Source: Novakomyces olei
Lineage: Eukaryota
Length of the DNA: 64,000 nucleotides
Assembly (NCBI GenBank): GCA_016906335.1
Contig: JADEYG010000003.1
Location: 1,116,001-1,180,000, forward strand
Direction of reading: 5' to 3'
The stretch's first letter is position 1. Each line of letters starts with the position of its first letter. Below are positions 1 through 11,100 of the stretch, piece by piece. The notes under the pieces are model-generated. The model was not told the DNA's origin and made no database searches. It saw nothing but the letters and a program-made list of their open reading frames with translations. The translations under genes were made by a program, and so were the position numbers.

Positions 1-43
1 ATTAATTAAATATATATTAACTATGTGGATAAGTAATTAACAG

Positions 44-432
44 CTTGTACATGTTTTGCAAAGAGAAAGAAATCAAATCAATAGCTGCTGCATTGAGTCT
101 GGATCAAACCCCCATTTTTTTATCGACCGCGAAACTTTCAAGCTGATAGACGATGTATACGGCTCGAGTCTTATACTCTCGAGTACAGGGGAAATCATTA
201 TCTTTGAAAGGTGGCATGAAAAAATAACGAGTATAGTAATTCATCACCTCACAAAATTATTTGGTGAGCTTATCTATTCTGTACAAATCTTGTGACCATC
301 GTAGATTGCCTCGTATTGATTCACCTTTACAGCTTCAAAGATAAAGTCAGAGGCGTTGTTAAGAAACGGCTGAGGCAAAATATAAACATTATAGTAAAGG
401 ATGCACTCTACACAGCTCCAAACTATTACTAA
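44..432 (+). CDS. Possible 3' portion of an unidentified spliced gene entering from the left edge
   Basis: Acceptor-like TAATTAACAG ends at 43. Open frame 44-263, then a GTGAGC...GTAG intron at 264-304 keeps the frame to TAA at 430-432. No recognisable domain. Confidence 0.3.
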
Positions 433-730
433 TAATCATTCAAGTATTTATTTGATTCTATGCACTAGACTGCAGTCCACAAGAGTTTAACGAGTACTAC
501 CGACCACGGAAACCCAGTATTACTGAAGTAACGCCCGAGATCGGTGTACCGTTAAAACAAGAAATTCAGCTAAACATGCTTTCTTAATATCCGTTTTAAT
601 CTCCGATAAGTGCTATATTGTGTGTCAAAATAATGATATTATCCCCCCCTTACTGTTGCCATGATTGATTTGAATGAACAAGAAACAGGTGCCACCAGAA
701 ACGTAGACATGCTCAGCCAAACCTCATAGT

Positions 731-1379
731 TTACTCTGGCTTGTCCTGCTCGAGGGGCGGTGGAGCCTGACCTTCATCGTCGTCATCACTGTCTCCGCCT
801 TCATCGTCGTCCTCACCAGCGCCAAACTGACCAAGGCCGCCAGCTCCACCAAGGCCACCGAGCTTGCTAAAATCAAAGCCACCAGCGCCGCCGGCACCGC
901 CAGCGAGCGCACTTAAATCAGGCATTCCTCCACCTGGACCGCCAGCGCCAAAGTCCATTTCCTCCTTCTCGTCTTGCTCGTCTTCGTCGACCCAACGGTC
1001 GAAATCGGTCTTGAGGAAATGAGGCTTGCTCTTGTCCTTGAGCAGCCGAGGCCAGTACTCGGCCGACTTTTCCTTCTTGCGCAGCTCAAACACAGTGTAG
1101 CGGCCTGTTACCGAATGCCGTGAGGCAGAGGGATCAATCTCTGCATACAGCTGAAGGTTCACCTCGTACTCCGTCCCGTTCTTGCTCTTACCCCGATAGT
1201 GCAGCGAATTGCTGTCTAATTTGATCTCAGGGTTGGGCACGTCTGGAGCAACGACCGTGACGAATACAATGTTCTTCTCAGCCACATCTTCTGATGAGCG
1301 CTGTGCCCACGTAACTATATAGTTAGATCGTTTGATCCTCTAATCCACAGATTCACTTACCTTCTGGGGTCAATGCCAT
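731..1379 (-). CDS. SBA1: Hsp90 co-chaperone p23 (Sba1/Wos2)
   Basis: MALTPEVTWAQRSS after removing a 46-nt GT-AG intron (1315-1360). Contains the p23 signature YWPRLLKDK...FLKTDFDRWVDEDE and an acidic Gly-rich tail. Confidence 0.93.
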
Positions 1380-1675
1380 AATGTTTGCTGCACAGTCTGT
1401 TTCGTGCTGCTTTTAACTCGGCGCCCGTTCTATGACGTTCGATTGCTTATTCTATGGCTCTGCAAACTTCTCTGTGTGGAGAAAACCCTGTGGGCTGTAT
1501 TACTTGCGAGCGCAATTATTGGGAGCGCTATTAATATAATATGGATGGCAATCTGCACGCAGCATGACTTGCCGCAATTCTATATAGAAAGAAATAATAT
1601 TATTATTGGAATAAACACCGCTATACATACACAAGAATACGCGACAGCAATACGCGACAGCAATTAGGAGACACA

Positions 1676-4600
1676 CTATCCCTGTGCCGATTGTAGACCC
1701 GCGATTATACGGTCGTGTGCCTTACCATAATGACCACTTGTACTTTGCAGTGCATTAACGTGCTCAGCAGAAAACCAGCCAGAGGCAATTCCACGTGCAA
1801 CTGAGCTGACAATCTGGCATACTTTATCCTCTAGTTCGAGCACATCAACGTCCTGGTCCGCTCCCGGTTCCGCGACTACTCCCTCGTCTCCATCTTCGTC
1901 GTCGTACGATAGTACTGGCTCGAATTGTGTACCCATTAAATCTGCCAGCGCCTTGTACGCTCGATCGAGTGTTTTGAGCACGTTTATCTCGTCGTCCGCC
2001 GTTAACAAGGGCACTTTGTATAGTCCGTGAGAGACATGCACCACGTCGCAAACACAGAGCAGAGCCTTGTATTAGTATCTGGGTTGCAGAGGAATATTTT
2101 CATAAATCACAAAATTATAGATTACAAAGAAATCAATGCAAAACAAAAAAAAAAAAGAGACCAAAACAGCCGTCAACGGTCCCGACAAAACTCACCCTTT
2201 GCTTTGCTCCAAAATCCAGACCGTTGCCGGCCAAGCAAAGCAGTACGTCGTTCTTGAACGCTCGGCACATTGCCACAGTTTCCTCAGCTTGATCGTCACT
2301 ATCGCGCTGCAACCGCCAGAGCAAGTGTAGACTGTACATGGACGCGGCCGAGCCAAGCAAAAGACTATTCTCGGAAATCTCTTGCCGAGACCAATCAGTC
2401 TCGTCCGGCAACTGCCTTTGTATAAAAGCCGTTGCTAAATCCTCCAGGCCCTTGCGGTTAGGGAACCTTGAACTATCGCACAGCCCAATAATGGCCCCGA
2501 GCCTCGACAAGCACGATGGCATTTCCGACAGCAATGCGTGCCCTGTTTCGCCGTCTCCATCGACCTGGCCGATCCGTGTATGCAGACTGGCTGCCTCGTC
2601 GTACAGAACTCCCAGCTGTGCCTCTAATATTTCAATGACATCATCGTGCACTGAGGGATTAGTCAGCCAGACGCGTAACGCGTGTGCAATCTCTCCATAG
2701 GCGGTGACGTCACTCGTGCCCTGGACGAGTGAAGCAGTCTGCTTCACCATTGACAAGAGCTCCTGACGCAGACTCGGCTGGTACTCGACCCGCTGAACAA
2801 CTCGGGACAGCTGCCGAATTGCTCCGCCGCTTTCACACAGCTTGAGCAGGTGATTGAAGTTGGTGGCAACGTACCTTGTCGCCTCTGTATCCCGCTCGTG
2901 CTCGAGAGCGTGCAGTATAGCCGCCAGGGCCATATTGTAAAGCAGACCTGTGCTGTGGCTGCCGTCAAACAGGAAAGCCTTAATCTTGCGTTCGCAAGAC
3001 TGATTAGACTTTTGGCCTACACTATTTGCGTCTGGTCGACTATTCGCGTCTGGTCCAAAGGCAAGGGTATTGACAAAGCCCATTAGTGCAGAGTAATTGC
3101 CCAGTTTCGGGGCCACTTCAGCCCCGGTTGAGAGAGCAATGGCTATTCTGCCGTCACTAGTACTCTGAACTGTATCTCCAATCTGCTCAACTGCCGCCTC
3201 GTTGTACTGCGAAACGAGCCCCGCAGCTATTGCGTACCATACCCAATCAGCCAGCTCGGATTCCTGTGGATCTCCACTCCCAAACTCTGCCATCTGATCA
3301 GTGTGGATATCCTGTAAATGGCCCAGGAAAAAGGTGAAAGCAGTCCGACGAAGAGTGGCGTTCTGGTCAAATATTAACCGGCTAATACTCTCTCCTGCTT
3401 CATTCTCCAACAGCCCTTGCCGGCGCACTATAGCTAAAAGCTGAATAGACGCTATCCTGACCGCATTGTCGCTGTCCAGCAGAGCAACTTGGACTAAACG
3501 ATCACGGAACCGTTCTGTAAACTGCCTCAGTCCAACAACAAAGGAGTCTTCTGCGTAAAGACGAGCAAGGTTACGCACCACCTGCAACCTCACACTCGAG
3601 GCAGTATCCGACAAGAGCCAGCCAAAGTACCGAAGGTAGGCAGAATCAAGAAAGATAGAACTTGCTTTAGCAATACAGGCACCCAATTCTTGAGCGCACT
3701 CGACGCGAATACGAGGCTCAACGTCGCGGTACCTGAGCACAAAGATAGTATCAAACAAATCTTGCAGGGCAGCAGCCACTTGGGCCTCTAGACTCTGTAG
3801 CTGTGCACTACGCTCCTCCAAAGCTTGCAGCTTTTGCGCTTGAGCTCTGGATAGTTTTGCATTTTTGTCAGACTTGTTTGATGCTTTTGCCTGTAAGCCA
3901 GAGCGCTGCCGTTCATTCACACTAATTTGCTGCTTCGCACTGGCGTAAGCGTCACACAATGCTGTCATTGCCTGCAGGGCAATTAACGTGGCAGTATGGC
4001 GGAAGGATCGCAGTCCGCTAGCGCTCATTGGCGCAATCCAGGCCAGTAATATTCGAAATACACCAGAGAACAGCATTTCACGAGCAAAGGCTTGTGAAAT
4101 AAGAAGCTGAGAAAATCTGCTTAATTTTTGGTGGGACTGTTTCGCAGATTTTGATATCAGCGCGTACTCTCGTGTACCATGCTTCCTGTGCAATTCCTCT
4201 ATTTGAGCCAGTGACTCCGGGAAACTTTCGCTGTCCTCCGCCTCGTGTGCCTCCATTGCCTTTTCGCAGCCGGCAAACTGAAAGTTAGCAAGTGACTCTG
4301 GACGATTATGGAGAAAGGGCGTTGAATTGAATAAGAATTGAATCAAAAAAAAAAGAACATCTAGCGCTGCTTACTTTGAGAGTAAAGTTTATAAAGTTTA
4401 GTATAGCAGTATTGGGATCGTCCCGCCAGGAATCGAGCCAGTCTGCAGCCACATTTTCCATTGGCCCATCTGCTTCAAGTGCATCTGTGTGATTAGCAAC
4501 ATTTAATTAGCAAAAGCTGATTAGCAACAAGGCACATCAAATAATAAACACAAGACTTTTGCAAAAATGGACAAGATTCAAACAGGATCGCGATCCAACC

Positions 4601-4944
4601 CGACTCGAGTTTAGGCAACTACTACTGGGGAAAGCAATAGACGAAGCGTAGAAGGCAAAAGACAACAAATCCAGAATAAATAAAAGGCAAAGCAGTATAC
4701 CCCATAAATCGTTGTGCATTGCCTCTGTATAGCGCTTGCCTGTCTCATCGTCCTCGTCCTCCATCTCCATCTCCACCTCTTCCTCCTCCACTCTTTGTTC
4801 TTTCCTCTTTCCCTTAGAAGGACCATTCTTCCTCTTCTTTCCAACTTTGACGGGCTCCTCAACCTCAGACTCTGAGTCGCTCTCCGCGTACGTCAGCGGC
4901 CGCTGCACGCGTAGCGACGCGCGCCGCGGCTCTAATGCCGCCAT
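1676..4944 (-). CDS. Cohesin STAG/Scc3-family subunit (Psc3/Rec11-like), about 941 aa
   Basis: STAG/SCD motifs FINFTLKFAGC, RSFRHTATL, FVLRYRDVEPRIRVECAQELG and FLDSAYLRYFGWLLSD. Introns at 4485-4700, 4278-4374 and 2066-2195. Confidence 0.9.
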
Positions 4945-4968
4945 TTGATATTAGGACGTGGATCGTTT

Positions 4969-4979
4969 ACGCGACGCGT
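4969..4979. promoter_or_regulatory. MCB-like (MBF) element ACGCGACGCGT upstream of the cohesin gene
   Basis: ACGCGT plus a tandem ACGCG about 25-35 nt upstream of the ATG. Cohesin genes are typical MBF targets in yeasts. Confidence 0.5.
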
Positions 4980-5494
4980 CCGAGTAATATTAATTACCGC
5001 CAACAAATAAATAATGTATGTAATAATGTATGTATATAGTTTATGTATATGTTCGTATATGGCTCCGTTCTCAAATACAATAAAACTGTATAATATTGTC
5101 ATTCATAAAATATAATTCATACTGTTGAAGTGAATTAGCAACCCAAGGTTGTGTAAGATTCTATGGACTGGTAGTTATATAAAATAAATAGATAGTTAAA
5201 CCATTAAATAAAGAATTAGTTTAACACAAATGGGATCTTCGATTAATGTAAAGTCGTTCGACACATACAATATTATTTTTACAATACCATATAATATTAT
5301 ACAATCCCATACATTCGTACAATACCATACTACCATACAATATTCATAAAGCATTCATATTACTGCAGCGTATACGCAGTAATGCACAATGCAAAGCACC
5401 ACCAACCTTAATATTGCTTGTGCGCACAAACAATAGCATTGACAAATCTGCGCAAACCCGTCGCGGGACACGTCGAATTCGTAATCAGAAACCA

Positions 5495-7700
5495 ATGGAA
5501 ATCGATCAGTCGCTCGATTCAATTATCGGCAGCCGACCGCGCAGCTCGCGAGGCCGAGGCGGTATCCGTAAACGGACTCGCGGAACCGTGAAACGGCCCG
5601 CGGCCGCGACAAAGGCTGCTCCCGCAGCGGCCGCCGCCGTGTCTGCTCCTGCGGCTCCAACTGCGCCTAAAAGACTCGCGGCCCAATCTGCTCCGGTGCC
5701 TGCAACACCGCGATCAGACAAGATTATTGTCAGCGGACTTGTACGTGGCTTTTTACGTTATTTTCGCTTTTACGTTAATTTTGCTTTTACGTTAAGTTTG
5801 CCTTGTATCGTGTTTTTGATCCGCCTTTTCGTTCCTTTTCTCTGCCCTCCGTCTCGGCTTCAGATCCGTGCGGATCTGGGGCCGAGAAAGTTTATCAAGT
5901 CGTCTAAAATTTGATTGCTTTTTCGCCGCTTTTTGCTAACCTTCAGCCGTCCGATATTGGCGAAAAGGAAATCAAGGTACTTATCACCTAATTACAGCAA
6001 CACGGTTGCTTTCGCGTTTGAATAAAGCTGTTTAGCACCAGTTTACATTGTCGCCGTCCCTCGCCCCTCTCTGTACCCGCTCAAAGCTGGTTTGGCTCTG
6101 CAAGGAGACTCGTGCCGACTCGTGCCGACTCGTGCCGACTCGTGCCGACTCGTGCCGACTTTGATGGGCATTCTGGCTTCAGACAAGTACAGGCTCCCTC
6201 TCGAAGTTTGGGCTGGTATAATCAGCTTTGCGCTTTGCCAAACGGCGCTAATTCGCGGTCGATTGTTCCAGCCAGAGCTGGCCAGATTCTTTTGCAATTG
6301 ACTTTTGCGATTGGCTTTTGCGATTGGCTTTTGCGGTTGGCTCAAGTGCAGCTCCTTATCAGGCGCGGTGAGAAGCATTGCTTGACCGGGCAGAGCCGGG
6401 AATAGGCACTTTGTGTCCTTGTATGCTTGCCGGCTTGGAAAGAAGACTGTTAGTTTCCTGGCCGTAATTGTTCGAGTCTGACCTGCTCTGCTCTTGCTCT
6501 GTCCGTCCGTCCGTCTGTTTGTGCAATCGTGTTTGATTTGACCGTGGTCGAACCGTATTGGACTATTACCTTACAAGGCGGCAGAGGCTGGGACGTGTAG
6601 CGAATGAGATGCAAGCTGAACTTGAGCCACACTTGAGCCATAGCAGGGACACTTGGTATGAGAGGGGCTTGAGAAGTCTTGAGAAGTCTTGAGAGGTTTG
6701 AGAGGTTTGAGAGGTCTTGAGAGGGACGGCGAGTTGTCTGATTGATCAATGAGTGGACGCATTCACAAAATGCAACTTACGATTGTATAAAGGGACGGCG
6801 ACTTGAAACTGTAGACGATCACGCGCCGGCTCATTTTGCGGACATCTTTTTATTTTGTTTTATTGAAGATGAGCATAAGAATTGGCCTGAGCCGATTACA
6901 CCTACTTTGTAGTCGAGTGCTGCAATTCGTTGTTTTTCCCTTTTAATTATTTGTATATTAGAGCACTGATTAACCTTTTCAATTATTTGTGAATCAAGGA
7001 ATTCTTCGTTGCTTACGTTGGCGCTGTGCGCCGCGTGGATTTGACGTACAACTCGCAAGGAAAATCGAAGGGCGTTGCTACCGTGATTTTCTCAAACAGC
7101 TCGTCCCCCCAAATTGCATTCGACAAGTACAACGGAAAGCAGGTGGACAACAGAACTCTTCGCGTATGATGAAATAAGGTTTATACTTGGGTTTCTTACA
7201 TTTTTAGATCGAAATCGTGTATAACCCAAACAATATCAAGTCTTCTTTGGCCGCACGCATTGCTCCAGCAGCTCTGGAGCAGGCAGCAGCGTAAGTGAAA
7301 TATGGAATACAAAATAAACTAGAGTTGAAATAAAAATAAAAATAAAAAAGGAAATAAAAAAGAGAAACATTCAAGAAACTTTGCTGACAAGGATCGTTTG
7401 CTAATATCAAAGTGCTGTTACGAGCGGCAAAAAGACTCGCAGTCAGAAACGAAAAGAAAAAAAGGCGGCAGCAGGAGCAGCGGCCGCTGCTCCAGCAGCC
7501 GCTTCTGCTCCAGCCAATGCTGCTTCTAAACCACAGAAAAGCACAAAGAAGCCGCGCCCTGCACGTGTTCGCCGAACAAAGAAAACCGCAGCAGAATTGG
7601 ACGCAGAGATGTCTGATTACTTTGGGCAAAAGGTACGTCTGTCGCTGGAGACTGGAAAATACTAACAAAGCAGGCAAACGCTGAAGCTCAAGCAGCGTAA
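5495..7700 (+). CDS. YRA1: mRNA export adaptor Yra1/Mlo3 (ALY/REF)
   Basis: N-box MEIDQSLDSII, RRM (KIIVSGLPSDIGEKEIKEFF...YNSQGKSKGVATVIF) and C-box KTAAELDAEMSDYF. Introns at 5741-5946, 5977-6998, 7164-7207, 7291-7412 and 7633-7673. Confidence 0.93.
6107..6160. repeat. Tandem 10-mer (GACTCGTGCC)x5 inside YRA1 intron 2
   Basis: Perfect repeat read directly. Confidence 0.95.
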
Positions 7701-7737
7701 TTCATGAAAATACAAACGACCAACGTGATTTATGCTT

Positions 7738-7793
7738 TGACTGCCTCAAGATGCACTGACTGCCTTGAGATGCACTGACTGCCTTGAGATGCT
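7738..7793. repeat. About 3 copies of a 19-mer (TGACTGCCTTGAGATGCAC) in the YRA1 3' region
   Basis: Direct tandem repeat with one variant copy. Confidence 0.85.
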
Positions 7794-8136
7794 CTACTCT
7801 GTCATTCATTCTAGTCTCACTCTAATCCTCTTTTTGAGAGCTATCTAGTAATCAATGCTTTTCCAGTTTGCTATTCAAATATTGACAATAAGTATTGGTG
7901 GTGTCTACACTTGCCGCTTTATTCGTATACTCTGCTAATTATCCGTTTTGCAGCCTATTCCAACTCGGCCATGCGGATATATTCGAATAATCCCAATTAA
8001 ATTATCTATCCCGTACAATAGACAAAGCGCCGTTTAATGGCACTAGAACCCAAACAATAAAAGTGTAATGCAAATGCCCGTACTCTGTGCTTTAAACTCC
8101 GTACAATAAACAAACAGGATTAGAGCAAAATCTCCG

Positions 8137-11100
8137 TTACAGCAGTCGAAGACCTCTGAGCTTAGACGCAGCAGCCGACTTGGCTCTACTCCTCTCCTCT
8201 CCCGAAACACTATCAAACTGCCTTCTCGTCATCCCAAAAATTGATTCAAAATCTTGGTCGGCGAGCCAGCTGTCTGCGTTTTCTCGAGAAATGCCGATAG
8301 CCTGACCAGCACGAGCCTGTGCGAGCGTAAAGTGGCGGTTAGCAATTAGCCCTAAAGCCTCATCCAGATCAAACACGTTAAGACTACGCGCTCTAAAGGC
8401 TTCATTGCCCTGTGCCGGATCGGCTCCCGATCCCGGTGGGGGAACGGTACACGAGAGCGAGTCGTCCCAGTACCTAAAGACTGCTTTCAGGTCACGTGGA
8501 GCCTTGGACGGCGGAGCAATCACGTTACACAGAGGCTGGATCGGCCTCTGTGCAACATCACTCAATGCTCCATACTGTTTTGTGAAGGCGAGCGCCTTCT
8601 CAATGACGTTTACGTCAGTCCGACGGTTGAACCCGATAAGGCAATAAATTTCGAAATAAGCGTCCACGACATAAACCCCGTCCGCTGTCAGATCAGATTG
8701 CAGGGCAAAAGGGATCTGCCTGACAGAGCCAAAGTCGATACTGAATATTCTGATCGTCATTCCGGGCGGGTCTGAGGCCCTATACTTCCAGTACGAAGCA
8801 CTCGCATAAACATTAGACTCTGATCGGAAAGATGCCCAGAAAACAGCAGGCTCTTCGCCTTCTTCCACCTCAAAGATCTGGTCTTTTCCGTCCCTTGGTG
8901 TACGCGCCAAGTTCAACGACTGCATTTCTACGGCAACCGCTCTTGCCGTCGCCCGTTCGCAGGGCAGACTGCCCGACCCGTACCACACGACACTGTACCG
9001 AGGCATTTGCAGCACAAAGGAGTAAGCCGAGCAGAGGGAGCTGCACAGTACTCGCTGCTCGTCCACAACAAATGCTGCCCGACCCACCCGCCGACACACT
9101 AGAAGCGACTCGCCCGTGTCGGAATCAGACAGGATTATTATCGTGCCTCCAAGGGCATGAATAAATGCGTCAGACTCTTTGCCTTGGGCCAGCCAGATCT
9201 GTTGTTAGCATAAATAATAGTAATATTAAAATAGTAATATTAAAATAGTAATTTAAAATGATATTAAAATAATATTAAAATAATATTAAAATAATATTAA
9301 AATAATATTAAAATAATATTAAAATAATTAAAACAATAATATTGAAATAATAATATTGAAATAATAATATTAAAATAATGTTAAAATGATGTGTAAATAA
9401 TGTGTAAATGATGTGTAAAAATGTAAAACAGTAAATAATAATGTAAAAATAATGAATGGCAAATTAATATAATGCAAGATAATAAAAAATGAACAATTCA
9501 GTAGTCAAAGTCTTGCAGACATGTACTAACGAATAAACGTACCACATTTGACGACTGCTGCTCTTTCAAGAACGAGTCTATATCCCGAGGTGAAGCCTTG
9601 CTGTTTATACCCGTCCATACAAAAGTGCAATTTTGTTCATGGCTTGTGGTATTGGCAGCGCACATCACTACACGTGTTTCTGCATTGTTCAAGTAGTGCT
9701 GGTGCGAACATGCCTGCGGCCGTTTAACTCCTCCTCTAAAAGACCACGATTTAGTCCGGGCAGTGTCCATGCTCGACGAATCTCCTGCTTCACGAGTGCT
9801 TAGAATACTGTCGAAATCAAAAGCGTACTTGGCCAGCCGACCGTCCGAGTTTCCGGACGCAAATTCAGTCAAAAGCGCAGTAGAGGCAGTATCCTTGACC
9901 GGCGAAACCGACCTCGACCGGCTTCCTGGAGACCGAGGCCCACGCGGCTTTGCACTTTTTCTTCTATCCAAGCCAGAGGCATTCAGAACGTACGAGTTTT
10001 TGGGTATAGATAACGAGGGAATGTCCCGCTCAATCGTACTTCTGCCCCGCTCCAACGGCGAAAGTTTCCCCTGCACAACGGGAGGAGACTGTGGCTTTTT
10101 GGTCTCTGGCTTTTTGGTCTCTGGCTTTTTGGTCTCTGGCTTTTTGGTCTCTGCCACTGCCTTGTCACCAAGCACATTAGCTCCAGCCTCGTGCATACCC
10201 CTTTCACCATTATGCCGATCAAGAAGTCCTGTACTGCTAAAGGAGTCGGGTTTAGTTGGCAGTGGAGGAGCAGCGTGCTTCATCCAGGCTCTTGGCTTGA
10301 AGCTGGGCACTCTTTGGCCCAAGTCGGGAGCCTTTTCCTCAATGTCAGAGGGGACATTAGCCCTCGACGGGTCGGGCTTGTGCAGCTCGCCAGACTCAAA
10401 ATCAAAATCAGGAAGCTTCAATGACGCTGACGTGTCTGTAAACTTTAGCGTTCCCGACTTGAGCCGCTCGAGCTTCTCTGTCTTTGAAAAGGGCGAAGCG
10501 CCAAATTTGGGCAGCGCATCCTTGTGCTCAGCTTCGAAAACTACCGGGCTTACTGGCCGTCTGCTTTTATCATCATTGTCAGGCTCAATCTTAGGCTCAA
10601 TCTTAGGCTCAATCTTAGGCTTATCCTGAACCTCAGATCCAAGACTTGTGCTCAAAGGCAAACCATGACTCGGCTTGGCCTTATTATCAACAGGTTCGTC
10701 ACCCTGACTGCTCGACTTTTTAGCAAAAACGGAAGCCGCCCGAGCAGCCGCGTTCGCTCCGGCCGCACCCGGTCGTGATTTACTGGCAAACAAAGAGCTC
10801 AATGGGACAGGGACACTACTCGGATCCGTGTCTACAGACCTCGACCGGAGTGCTTCAATGCGGCTTTTGACGTCAAGAGGAGCACTAGTCCGATTATGCA
10901 CTGGAGAACTGGGTCCGACCAGCTCGGGCTGCGATTGCTGCTTTTTCTCGACCAGTATCGGGCTTTTTGCAGTGTCTAACGGCTTAGCCGGTTCCGCGTA
11001 GTCTGCGGGTCGATCGACCGCTGACTCGGGTTTCGTGGTTTGTTTGCGTTTGTGCGGTCGTCGTGCTCGGCCCTTTGTAAGCTTTAAAACAAAATGTTAG

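Noticed and set aside
6107-6160. CRISPR-like repeat array
   Set aside because: Head-to-tail repeats with no spacers, no cas genes, and a eukaryotic context.
6043-6762. Short ORFs within YRA1 intron 2
   Set aside because: Repeat-derived, non-ATG or motif-less, and the region is bounded by YRA1 exons.
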